A stretch of DNA of 64,000 bases from Octopus vulgaris (GCA_951406725.2 OX597826.1:8990001-9054000), one strand, 5' to 3'. Shown: positions 1 to 12,260, counted from the stretch's first letter. Notes: generated from the letters alone by a model not told the origin. Made by a program: numbers and translations.

Positions 1-6
1 TATTAC

Positions 7-237
7 GGCGGTGAGCTGGCAGAATCGTTAGCACGCCGGGCGAAATGCATAGGTGTATTTCGTCTGCCGTTACGTTCTGAGTTCAAATTCCACCGAGGTC
101 GACTTTGCCTTTCATCCTTTCGGGGTCGATAAATTAAGTACCAGTTACGCACTGGGGTCGATATAATCGACTTAATCCGTTTGTCTGTCCTTGTTTGTCC
201 TCTCTCTGTTTAGCCCCTTGTGGGTAGTAAAGAAATA
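7..237 (+). mobile_element. tRNA-derived SINE, family A (Meta-domain-like), near full length
   Basis: Head GGCGGTGAGCTGGCAGAATCGTTAGC with B-box GTTCAAATTCC; central GACTTTGCCTTTCATCCTTTCGGGGTCGATAAA; many further copies in the window. Confidence 0.85.
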
Positions 238-1039
238 GATATTTATTGATAGCAACCTGCAGTATACATAGACCTGAACTGGGCCTCTAAAACTCTGAGG
301 ACCACTGTTCTCATTGTCTTAAGTGTGGCACTGAGCATGAATCATGCTGCCTAGTTATGCTCGAGAGTAATGATGGCTACAGTTATGTTTGATTACAAGC
401 ATAGAAAACCTAATGAACTATGTTTTTTTTTAGTCAAACATATGTTTTTATGCATGTCTATATCACAGGGGTTCATAAATGATGCATTGCAGCAGATTGT
501 ATGCTGCAGAGGTTATCTAAATATGTTCTCAGGCTTTAGAAAATTTGTATTAATACTTGAGCTTCGTGAAATGTCTGTTCATAATTTTGTTATATGGAAG
601 TATGATCAATAAGGCAAAGTAAGCAATAGTTTTATATGTTCTGATTTTTTTGCTAATTTTCAACAATAAAACGGTTTTGTTTAATTTTCCATGTGATAAT
701 TTTTTTGATATCCATTGCTCTTGTAATTTTTGTTATTTCATCTGTGAGCCATAAAGTCTTTTGATTGCAAACCACAGGTTGTGTGCGTGCGTGTGTTTTA
801 ATGTCCATATTTCCAAACTTGCATAGATCAGTTGGAATTCATTGAAGCAGGTTTTTCTATGGCCAGATGCCCTTCCTGTCACCAACCCTCACCTGTTTCC
901 AAACAAGGTAGAAGTGTTTCCTCATGGAAATACTATCCAGGCATGTTTTCACTGAAGATTAAAAATGAACAACACTGCTTGTATGACAGTGGCACTTAAT
1001 ACTATCATGTGATGTCAAGACAAGAGACAAACACGTGTG

Positions 1040-1275
<236 letters not shown>

Positions 1276-2910
1276 CTGTATTTTATGGCAAGGAAGATGT
1301 ACCCTGATTTTGGGACTATAATTCTAGGAAAATACATCTTCTTGATTTTAAGGTGATGAGATATGGTTTAAGGGGAATTTGGCAGCTATCTTTAGCAGAT
1401 TGAGTGACCTACTGTCTTAACTGAAGTGGTTCTACAAGAAATTTTCTTTTTGTTTTGAAGTTTAGGAGAATATTTATATGTAAGTGGAATGTGAGGATAA
1501 TGATGATAGACAGGTGATTGCTTTCCATATTGGTGATTGTGTTTAGTCCCAGATCAGTCTTGATTGAGCAGATTTATGACCAAAGGCATTCCATTACTGA
1601 CCATTCCACTTTTTTTTAAGGGAATCTAGGACTATGTTGTCTAATGTGTCCTATTAATCAAGAAAGTGGGTTATAATTTGGAGATTTGGTTGCTATTTCT
1701 AGCAGTTTGAATGACCACATAGATGCTCCTTTATTTGACTTGTTTATTGTGTGGGTATGGCAGCTAAGTGTGTAAAAGAGGAGGTGGTATATTGCAAACA
1801 GTTATTGTTGTTAACTTGTTGATGTTTTGTTTAAAATGTAAGAGCAGGGTGTCTATTATATTGTTTTTTGCCAGGAATATGTGGTATGCAATGAAGTCCT
1901 TTTTTAATTATAGCATATGTGTTGTGTATTGAGATGTTGTAGTTTAGGGAGTAACTTATCGGACAGCTAGTGTGATTGAGGGTGATGTCAGCATCCCATA
2001 GAAGTGGGAGTGTCTGTGCACAGTTACTCTACCTGATAAAGTTAGTAAATGTTCCTTCATCTGCAAGTTATTTCCTACTCGGTCTGATTTGGTAAAAACC
2101 ACTGAAAAATTTAAATAAGAGAATGGTCGTGGCTAGAACATATGTTAAAGAGCGAAACATTGGCATTGAAAAATGCAAGCAGTGTGTGTGCGCACGTGCA
2201 CGTGTGTATGTCTGTATTTTAAAGTAATGAAATTCCTATATTTCAATAGCAGCATGCTTTCTAGCTTTCTACTAATTGCATGGATAATCTCAGTTAATTG
2301 GAGTTTTTCAATTCCCTATATTACATTATATGATTCTAGTGTATATTATATGGTTGAAACTTGCTTGTGTGTGTTTGCATGGTTGTATGTTTTTCATTTT
2401 TGCATGCAAGTGTGCAGCAAAATTCATCTGCATACAATGAAGTATGTGCATGTGCAAGTTTGTTGCCACTGACAACCATTTCAGTGGGCAACATTATTGA
2501 TTTCTAACATAGGCACAAGGCTTCAAATATCTAGGAAAAGATGTAAGTTGATTGTAGAACTTGATTGGTACTTATTTTATTGAACTAAGAGAATGAAAGG
2601 CAAAGTCCACCTTGGTGAAACACAAATCAATGCAATTAGATGTAACAAAGCATTTTCTCTGTCATTCTATCAATTTTGCCTGCCCACTTACCCTAGAGAT
2701 ACCCCAGTATTTACAGAGGAAGCCTTCAGATCATATCCTCTTCAGATCGTACCCTAGCAAAAGGGTTGGTTTCTCTGCAATATATTAAGAAAATACAGAG
2801 TGGTCACAGCTGAAATTCTTTTCATCATAGACTTTATCAGTCAGGGCTGACCTGTAACCATCAGTGACTACTGTAAGGTCATCATCAGTGACAGTCGTAT
2901 TGTGTGTGTT

Positions 2911-3885
2911 TACTTTTTACTTGTTTCAGTCATTATAGATTGCAGCCATACTAAGGCACCATCTCGAAGAATTGTTAGTCAAATGAATTGACTTTAGTTT
3001 TTATTTTTTTTTAAAGTCTGTACACACACTCACACATACTGCTTGCACTTTTCAACGTCAGTGTTTCACTCTTTGACACATGTTCTAGCCATGACCATGC
3101 TCTTTTACTTGTTTCAGTAATTTGACTGTGGCCATGCTAGAGCACTGCCTTTAGTTGAGCAAATCGACTTCAGGACTTATTCTTTGTATGCCTAGTACTT
3201 ATTCTATCGGTGTCTTTTGCCGAACTGCTAAGTTACGGGGATGTAAACACACCAGCATTAGTTGTCAAGCGATGTTGGGGAGTTCAGACACACAAACACA
3301 CACACACACACACACACATATATACATATATATGACAGGCTTCTTTCAGTTTTCATCTTCCAAATCCACTCACAAGGCTTTGGTTGGCCCAAGGCTATAG
3401 TAGAAAACACTTGCCCAAAGTGCCATGCAGTGGGACCGAACTTGCAACCATGTGGTTGGTAAGCAAGCTACTTACCACACAGCCACTCCTGTGCCTATTT
3501 AAATTTTTCAGTGGTTTTTACCAAACCAGACCAAGTAGGAAATAATTTGCAGATGAAAGTTATTTGTTAATTTTATCAGGTAGAGTGACTGTGCTCAGAC
3601 ACTTTCACTTCAATGGGATATTGACATCACTCTCAATCATTTTATTAGTCTCGTTTGTCAATCTGCTAAGTTATAAGGATGTAAATACACCAATACTGGT
3701 TTTCGGTCAGTGATGGTGAACAAACACAAAGACACACACATGTGCATAATCAGTTTCTTTTCTTTTCTTTTGGTTTCCACCTTCCAAATCCACTCACAAG
3801 GTTTTGGTTGACTTGAGGCTATAGTAGAAGATACTTGCTCAGGGTATAGTGGGACTGAGCCTGGAACCATGTAGCTGCAAAACAT
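2911..3885 (-). mobile_element. SINE family B (CORE-like), split by an inserted inverted local duplication
   Basis: Tail TTTTACTTGTTTCAGTCATT at ~2915; body breaks at ~3023 and resumes at ~3640 in register with intact copies such as 12818-13226. Confidence 0.75.
3103..3495 (-). mobile_element. SINE family B, full length, nested
   Basis: Reverse complement of the 12818-13226 copy, from head GGCACAGGAGTGGCTGTGTGGTAAG to tail. Confidence 0.85.
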
Positions 3886-4797
3886 CCACTATTCTATATT
3901 TGCATGAGTCAGATGGAGTTTATTGAGGTAGGTTTTTATGGCCAAATGCCCTTATTGTTGCCAAGCCTCACTTGTTTCTAAGTAAGTTGATATTTCCCCA
4001 TGGCAGACAACGAGGTTCATTCACAATCATCATGTGATGTCAAGACAAGAATACACACACACATACACATAAATGACAGGCTTCTTTCAGTTTCCATTAA
4101 ACAAATCTACTCACAAGGCTTTGGTCAGTTTGGAGTTGTAGTAGCAGACACTTGCAGTAAGACTGTACCTCTGACCATACAGTTGAGAAGCAAATTTCTC
4201 AATCACATAGCCATATTCGTATATACACACACACACACACACACATATATATACACACACACATGATGAGTGAGATCATTAAGCTATTGTTGTATTCTTC
4301 AAAAACTCTGTTATTCTTGTTACTATTTACTTAGTACAAGTTGCTGTATTTATTTAGATATATAATTTTATTAACAAAGATAGTCACTACAGAATATAGC
4401 CAAGTTAGTGTCAATAGAAGTCAGCTTTGAAATACAAACAATTTTCTATTTAATTCTTCAGTCTCTCTGTTCAGTTTCTGTGTATTGTCAGCATTGTCAT
4501 CTTCATCATAAGCAGCAGCAGCCATAGCTTTATTTACGATTTTGCATGACTTGTGGGAAACCTTTACTTTTTTCATTTGCTTTCTTTTTAATACTTATTA
4601 GGTGTTCATTCATGATGGTTAGCTTCATATCAGCCCTGATTAATTAGACCCATGGTCAATGACATTTTATTCCTAGTCACTGTGCTCTCATGACCACAGT
4701 CAGTGATTTCCTTTTCTAAGTTGGTATCATGTGAGTTTGAGGGAGATGTGGTTGCTATTTCTAGCAGACCAAGCAGCCCTGTTGCTAATCTTTTTCA

Positions 4798-5180
4798 TCT
4801 TTTACTTATTTCAGTTATTAGACTGCGGCCATGGTGGGGCACTGCCTTGAAGAATTTTAGTCAGATGAATCGACCCCAGTACTGATTTTCTTTAAAGCCT
4901 GGTACTTATTCTATCAGTCTTTTTTGCTGAACCACCAAGTTAAGGGGACGTGAACTCACTAACACTGGTTGTCAAACAGTGATGGAGGACAAAGAAAGGC
5001 ACAAAGACACACACAGATCTGTATATAATGGACTTTCAGTTTCCATCTACCAAATCCACTCTCAAGGCTTTGGTTGGCTTGAGGCTATAGTAAAAGACGC
5101 TTGCCCAAGGTGCCACACAGTGGGATTAAACCTGGAATCATGTGGTTGGAAAGCAAACTTCTTACCACACAGCCGTTCCT
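4798..5180 (-). mobile_element. SINE family B
   Basis: Same body (CAAATCCACTCTCAAGGCTTTGG...CCCAAGGTGCCACACAGTGGGA) and tail as other copies. Confidence 0.85.
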
Positions 5181-5750
5181 AGCCATAGCTTTTTCACAAT
5201 CTTCCAAGACTAATGGGGACAAAAATATTTATGAAAAGTTAAGATTAATTGAGATTACAGTCATATAAAACTGAAGACATATGGTTCATGAGGCCAAAAA
5301 TACAAACACTACATCAGAAGTAGTGTTGCCCTTAATCATAGGGTCTACTCGATCACCGTTAATCTTGAGTGAAACAATGAAAGAAATATTCTCTCAGTTA
5401 TATTAAGCAATGTAACCAACTTTTATCTTACAACATAGTTCTGTCTATCTAATAATTATCAACTTTCATGACCATCTTAATTTTCAACTTGCATGTCTGT
5501 TTTAATTATCAACTCACATGTCTGCCTTCATTATCAGTTAGCATGTCTGCCTATCAATTTCCATGTATATCTGTCTATGAATCTGCCTAAGCATTTGTCT
5601 TTGTCATTTTTTTAATGGTTTTTAAAGGAAGGAACAGTGCTTATTGCTTATGGCCCTCTCAGGATGTGTGAACCTGGTGAGATTGATACAGCTAATGTTC
5701 AGTTTGAACATCTCTAAGTTGACATCTGAGATGCTGAAGATATCCTTTGA

Positions 5751-6546
5751 AGTAGGTTATGTGTGCATCACTTTCCATAGTTAATCAGGTAGTACAGGGA
5801 GGTGTCATAACCATTTGAACTGGCATTGTGGTCTCATCATCAGCTTCTTACCGGACGGAAGTGAGGAGACTCTAGAAAAAACGCAAATACAGAGAAATCA
5901 AAATCTGAAAGTAACAGGAAAAATTATTGTGCATACTTAGGCATAGGAATGGCTGTGTAGCAAGGAGCTTGCTTCCCAACAACATGGTTCCAGGTTCAGT
6001 CTCACTACATGGCACCTTGGGCAAGTGTTTTCTGCTATAGCCTCGAGCTTGTGAGTGGATTTGGTGGACGAAAACAAAAAGAAGCTCGTCTCTCTCTCTC
6101 TCTCCCTCCCCCTCTTTCTCACTCACACACATAAATACATACCTACATATATATGTATATAGTGAGGACACATAGCCTAGTAGTAAGGGCGTTGCTCTCA
6201 CGATCACAAGATCGTGGTTTCAGTTCCTAGACTGGGTGGTGTGTTGTGTTCTTGAGTGAAACACTTCATCTCATGTTGCTCTGTGATCACTTCAACACCT
6301 GATGCATGGCACACCTTGCACCTGTACAGCACAAGTATGTTAGCTTAAATTTTTTCTAGAGTCTCCTCAGCTCCGTCCGGTAAGAAGCTGATGATGAGAC
6401 CACAATACCAGTCCAAATGGTTATGACACCTCCCTGTACTACCTGATTAACTATGGAAAGTGATGCACACATAACCTACTGTACAGGTGCTAGGTGTGCC
6501 ATGCATCAGGTGTTGAAGTGATCACAGAGCAACATGAGATGAAGTG
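5751..6546. repeat. Two interlocked inverted repeats (5751-5881/6350-6480 and 6262-6329/6479-6546)
   Basis: Direct reverse-complement matches with only a few mismatches. Confidence 0.95.
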
Positions 6547-6873
6547 AGTACATTGTGTAGTGTTAATATGCATGAATATAAACAGATCATTTGTGCAGAT
6601 CATTTGGCAAAAAAGTTAAATACTTACACTTTGTCTTCGACAGGAGAGGCCATCGTGTGTGTGTATGCCTACATGTCTGTATCACTTGACAACTGGTGTT
6701 GGTGTGTTTATGTCCCCTGTAACTTTATTGTTCAGCAAAAGTGACCGATAGAATCAGTACTAGGCTTTAAAAGATTAAAGCTTGGGGTCAGTTTGTTTGA
6801 CTAAAAACCCCTCAAGGTAGTACCCCAGTATGACCACAGTGTAATGACTGAAACAAGTAAAAGATAAAAGATA
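5940..6873 (+). mobile_element. SINE family B with a family C SINE (~6163-6654) nested in its central microsatellite
   Basis: 5' half 5940-6090, 3' half ~6655-6873 ending ACTGAAACAAGTAAAAGATAAAAG; second tRNA-like head at 6163. Confidence 0.75.
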
Positions 6874-6899
6874 CTTGGAAGAGCATTAACGTAAATGAA

Positions 6900-8102
6900 G
6901 TATAATTTGGATTTGTGCCAGGGCAGGAACCACTGATGTTGTCTTTGTAGTAAGACAGTGCTTGAAGAAGTAAATTAATGTTCTTAGCATTTGTTGATCT
7001 GAAGAATTTAAGCTAACATACCTAACACTTGTTGATCTGAAGAAGGCTTTTGGCAAAGTATTATGATCTGTTGTTTGGCAGGTGCTAAGAAAACTGTTGT
7101 TGAATGGCTGGGAAGAGCTGTATAGAGCTGAAATTAGCAAGGTGTGAGTTAGCAAAGAGTTCAGTAACAAATTTAGTATGCAGGTAGGTGTCTGCCAGAG
7201 CTTGGTTCTCAGCTCCCGCCTCTTTATTATAGTTTCCTCAAGGCATAACAGAGATTGTTCATGAGAATTCTTGCATACCAATGAATAATGGTGTAATCTG
7301 TTGGAGAATTACAGAATATATTGCATACATTCGAACAAACTTAGGATTGAAATGTCTTAAAGTCAATCTAGCAAAGAGGAATTTTTGTCGGCAGGAGAGA
7401 AGACAAGATTCTACTGCCATCTGGGAACTGGTCATGCTAAATATGCAGATTAGGACTACAAGTGCTCAAGAATTATAATGGTATCACAGGCAGGCTGACT
7501 GAAGGCTCACTTCTTATCTGGTAGATGCACAAGTGTAAGTTCCCAATTTGAGAATTGATAAGAGCACCTGTAAAATTCTTTCAGATGCTCCGAAAGCTTT
7601 ATAGAGAATGTTTAGGGAGTTACCAGCTTCCTATGAAGTTTCCATTCCTATCAACCAAGATTATTTGATGTTTTTGTGCAAAGCGTAATGTTTAATGGAG
7701 GCAAAACACAGGCCTTGAATTAGAAAATGTGTAAAGGCATGGGAAAAATGAAGGGAGCACATTGTGTAGTGTTAATATGCATGAATAATAGAACATGAAT
7801 GAGGTGAGAAAAATATTGGGTATAAGAGGACTTAGATGCTGTGTGTAAAAGAGAAGCTTGTACTGGTATGGACATAGGATGCATATGGAAGATGACATTA
7901 GGAAAATGATAAGCCATATAATCCAAGTGGAAAGAACCTGCAGAAGAGGAAGATATGGGAAGAAGTGGTGAAAGCTATTCTAAAGATACTGAATTATAAG
8001 AGACAACAAAGGAGTGCAACTGTTAGCAAGATGCTTCAATGGAGAAAACCTGTCCAGTCCATGCAAGCATAGGAAAACAGTTAAAAAGTGAGGGTGATGA
8101 TG
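6900..8102 (+). pseudogene. Degenerate RTE-clade LINE reverse transcriptase and 3' end
   Basis: Broken translation gives FGFVPG..TTD..F.VRQ, VDLKKAF, QVGVCQ..VLS..LF.IV, LKVNLAK and WYGH; ends in a GAT-type tail; many stops and frameshifts. Confidence 0.85.
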
Positions 8103-8405
8103 TTTCTTGATAGTTTTAGTCTCATTATTGATGATTTTTTTCTGTTACAAACTATAGTTTATATAAAATAAACTAGTTTCCGGGAGATGAGGATTTTCTT
8201 GTTTTCAAATACCATTAATGTAATTACACAATGGTTCCATAGGTTTCAAATAGTAGCAAGCCTAATCCAAAACACAGTTTAATACCACTACCTGGCTGTT
8301 TAGCTTTAGCAGGATCCACTCTAATGCAAGGATTTGAACCAAGTTTCCAATTTGAGAATTGATAATTTGATATCTTTGTTTGCATTATTTCATTAAAAAA
8401 AAAAA

Positions 8406-8710
8406 GGTGCATGGTTTAATGTTGAGGGTATTTGGTTCATTTGTGAGTTTAATTCACGGCAGTGTGTTGTCCTTGAGCAAGACACTTTACTTTACATTAT
8501 TCCAGTCCACTCAGCTGGTAAAAATGAGTAGTACCTGTATTTCAAAGGGCCAGTCTTCTCACATCCTGTGTCACTGAATCTCCCTGAGAACTATGTTAAG
8601 GGTACTCATGTCCATGGAGTATTCAGTCACTTGCACGTTAATTTCATGAGCAGACCATTCCATTGATGGAATCAGCTGGAACCCTCGTTGTCATAAGGGA
8701 TGGAGTGCCA
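8406..8710 (+). mobile_element. SINE family C (CORE-like GTGTTGTCCTTGAGCAAGACACTTTA)
   Basis: Homologous to the reverse copy at 53870-54207 and to heads at 25950 and 57512. Confidence 0.75.
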
Positions 8711-8922
8711 CTTCATAACTCAGTTTCTTCTCTTCTTGTCCTCCACCAGTCACCAAGGCCTAGCAAAGCTCATAAATATTGTCCTTTCTCCTCCTCTGAT
8801 TAAGTCATAGAAAATGTTTATTTTGGTTTTTCAGGTGCAATAGCAGAAAAAAAAGTCACCTGATTGATCTCTTTTCAGTTTGATTATTCTTACCGTATTA
8901 CTTACCAATATATCTTACTGTA

Positions 8923-9152
8923 TTAACCCTTTCATTACCAACCTGGCTGAAACCGCCTCTAGCTCGGTAGTACAAATGCCTTGTTTTCTTAAGTTTTGAA
9001 TTAAAATCTTTCACCAAACCTTAGTCACAATTTATGTTCCCAACACTAGTTTAATGGTAATTAAGTTATTTTACTAAATTCTTTGTTATATTTAAAATTA
9101 ATGGAAAGAAACACAGAGCATCTCAAAATAAATACGGTAACGAATGGGTTAA
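8923..9152. mobile_element. TTAA-flanked MITE (piggyBac-type ends)
   Basis: TTAA|CCCTTTCATTACC ... GGTAACGAATGGG|TTAA terminal inverted repeats. Confidence 0.85.
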
Positions 9153-10059
9153 TTCCTCACCCCTCCAACAATAGCAGCCAAAGTCATCCAATTACAAAGC
9201 CAGACAGGAAGAGCTATGAGATCTGAAGTATCATGATGTTCCTATACAGCAGACTAAATTTGGAGACTGTTTCAGCTGCAGGCCTTGTTACTGTTGAGTT
9301 TTAAGGTCAGCCATTATACATCAGAACTATGATCAGATTATTCAGACATGACAGTTCTGTTGTTCTATATATCAGAAACTACACTGTCCAGATGTGTCTA
9401 TCTGTATTTAAGATGGTAAGGTGTGATTTCAAGATTTGGCTACCAGTTCTAACAGGTTGATTAACCATATTAGAGGTACTCACCTTGTCAAAAAGTACTT
9501 TAACATGGAACCTTTTGAAGAAAACTCCCAGATCCAATAATTGTAGAATGTACAACTCAGTGATTTTTTTCCCCTCACTACTTTGACAAGTAATGAAAAT
9601 AAATCCACTGGTGAGGTCAGAATAAGACTGAAATATGTTGTTGCTTAGCAACAAGTTAACATTGAGTTCACCTGTGATCAAAGGCATTCCAGCAGTAGTC
9701 ATTTCATCTATTTTCAGACAATGTATCTTAGACTACCTTATTCAGTATGTCTTTACTTTTGAAGATTAGAGGATAAGATTTCAGAGATATTTGGCTGCTA
9801 CTTCTAGCATGTCAAATGATCACATAGAAGCTACATCAATAGTTGTATAAATGAAAATAGAATTAATCATTGACTAGTATTTTTTTTATCACCTATTTCT
9901 AGATAACCATTTAACATTTTATGTATTGAATATATTAATACTAGTTTACTTATATATCCTAATCCAGCTTGAGAGCAAGCAGTAGATGTTATTTTGTGCA
10001 TGTTTATTTTAAGAGAGAAAAGTGGTATATGAGGGTCTGTAACTTTTATAGATCTAGGC

Positions 10060-10376
10060 CAGGGGTTCTCAACCATTTTTTATCCATGGAGCCCTTTGAT
10101 TACTATTTTATTCTGATGGACCCCCATTTCATGTTTAAAATCTGGTTTCATAGAAACTTCTTTCAAAATTCCCATTTTGTTTTCACACATTAACTTGAAC
10201 TATGTAAAATGTTAGAGAAAGAAACTTGGTTGTTTCTTGCAATGCATACCAATACATACATCTAAAGCAAAATCTTTTCAGGGGCCCTTAAAATACTATT
10301 ATAGATCCCCAATTTACTGTTTTGCTGTGTGGACCCTCCCAAAAATCTTATTATGGATCCTGGTTGAGAACCTCTG
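10060..10376 (+). mobile_element. hAT (Charlie-like) MITE
   Basis: TIRs CAGGGGTTCTCAACC / GGTTGAGAACCTCTG; 8-bp TSD ATCTAGGC/ATCTAGAT. Confidence 0.9.
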
Positions 10377-10603
10377 ATCTAGATAGAGCTTTGTATTTGG
10401 GAAGTTTCTAATCCTGTGGTTGTATTCAAGTCCACTGTGCTGAAATTTGTGTATTGTATTTTCTGTCATAGCTTCAGATCATTTCAGGTCTTGTAGATGA
10501 AGTGTTTCATGAATGGGGGATTGTGCAGAGGCCCATCAAATAGACTGTAGCTAATTGTGGGTAGAAGACTTAGACCATAGCCAGGATTAACAACTACCTA
10601 ACC

Positions 10604-10910
10604 CAGTGGTTCTCAACTGGGGCCGATATAATATTTTTTGGGGTCTACACAAGCAGAATAGCAAATTGGGAATCCACAATAGCAGTTTAAGGGTCCATGG
10701 AAAGTGTTGACTTAGATGTGTGTATTGCAAGAAACAACTTTTTTTTTTTTTACATAGTTCAACCTACACAAGTTAATGTTTGAAAAACAAACTAGTAATT
10801 TTGAAAGAAGTATCTATAAAACTAATTTTTAAACATTAAATAGTTAAGGGGGTCCACCAGAGTAAAATCAAAGGGTCCATAGGTAAAAAAAAAATGGTTG
10901 AGAACTTTTG
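10604..10910 (-). mobile_element. hAT MITE, same family as 10060-10376, opposite orientation
   Basis: TIRs CAGTGGTTCTCAAC / GTTGAGAACTTTTG; TSD ACCTAACC/ATCTAGCC; body is the reverse complement of the upstream copy. Confidence 0.85.
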
Positions 10911-11393
10911 ATCTAGCCCTTAGGTAACATTAACAGAGTCCCTTCAAAGCAAATCTCTGGTCTGAGGTTAACTTTCTTTAATTCCTTCACCAGTCTTGGA
11001 GTTGGGGTAGGATAGGGATTATAAAATCATGACCCCTTACTCATTTGAAAATTGGTGTGATAGTCAGCAAAGTGTGAGTTCAATGTTCATGTTAACCCTT
11101 TTGATACAAACCACCCAAGGCCACTCTCTGGCTTTATCTTACATGCCTTGCTTTGCTTCATGCTCTTGCTTGATGGGGTTGGGGTCATCCCAGTTTAGTG
11201 GTCCTACAGATCAGGTCCACCAGTGATAGAAAGCACTGGTGGACCTGATCAGCTCTGTGCCTGCCCCTCTGCATCCTCCAAAGTGACATCAAGCCACAAA
11301 CTTAATGTTTTATTAAAGTGGTCTAAATTAGAACCTTCCAACAAAATTTCATGTCAGTTTATGTTCCAAGCACCAGTTTAATAATGACAGTTA

Positions 11394-11610
11394 CAAGAGG
11401 GTGCTGAAAAGTTCCTGGTTTTGGGTAAAAGAAAATATGGGAGGATCAGGTAATTACGATTTTATCCAACATATTCTCCTTTGAGATTCACGCACTTATT
11501 GCAGTGGTCCTTCAGTTTTTCTGAGCCCTGTAAAAGAACTTGGAAGGTTGGGCCTCCAACCGGGCCTTTCACGATACCCTTAAAGCCAAGAACTTCTCGG
11601 CACCCACTTG
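11394..11610 (+). mobile_element. Tc1/mariner-type MITE
   Basis: TA|CAAGAGGGTGCTGAAAAGTTCCTGG ... CCAAGAACTTCTCGGCACCCACTTG TIRs. Confidence 0.85.
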
Positions 11611-11625
11611 TGTGCGCGTGCGCGC

Positions 11626-11665
<40 letters not shown>

Positions 11666-11671
<6 letters not shown>

Positions 11672-11986
11672 CAACAATTGAGGAATGGCCTTAATAGGCC
11701 ATTCGACCCACTAGAAAGAGCAGCCAGGACTCAAACCGCCAAGTAGTAGTAATTGGCTTCTTTACCGATGAGGTGTAGCCTTTGGTAGATTGACTTAATT
11801 TAATTTAATTAAGCTGGTTTGCCATTAAAAACACCAAAACAATGCATTGTCTAAAGACGAATAGGGTAAATGTTTTTTAATTTTCCTTTAATTTCTGAAT
11901 TACTACTACTTGGCGGTTTGAGTCCAGACTGCTCTTTCTAGTGGGTCGAATGGCCTATTAAGGCCATTCCTCAATTGTTGTTGAAT
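11666..11986. mobile_element. Foldback/MITE with 89-bp TIRs embedded in (TA)n
   Basis: 11666-11754 and 11898-11986 match as inverted repeats at 87/89; 143-bp spacer; TA runs on both flanks. Confidence 0.85.
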
Positions 11987-12087
11987 TTATATATATAGTC
12001 TATGGCTATTTTCTCTTTCTCACTAGACTGCTGGTGGCGAAAAAATTTCTATTGAATTTTTTGCTACCCTATATTGATTAATTGATG

Positions 12088-12122
<35 letters not shown>

Positions 12123-12124
12123 TA

Positions 12125-12260
12125 TAAGGGAGTACTGAAAGTTCCTGGCTTTGGGCAAAAGAAAATACAGAAGGATCAGTTTAAAGAACTCGAAAGGTTG
12201 AGTCTCTAACCAGGCCTTTTGCGATACTCTTAAAGCCAGGAACTTTTCAGTACCCCCTTG
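12125..12260 (+). mobile_element. Internally deleted copy of the mariner-type MITE at 11394
   Basis: Same TIRs (GTACTGAAAGTTCCTGGC / GCCAGGAACTTTTCAGTACCCCCTTG|TA); about 80 bp missing internally. Confidence 0.85.

Noticed and set aside
3262-3462. Recurrent peptide QIHSQGFG...TCPRCH.VGLNLEPCGW (also 4979, 5937, 12764, 63067)
   Set aside because: Antisense reading of SINE family B, not a gene family
5805-5850. CTGATGA on the - strand (and its copy at ~6388) as a hammerhead
   Set aside because: The GAAA box is missing (TTCAAAT/TCCAAAT) and there is no stem I; at best a decayed relic
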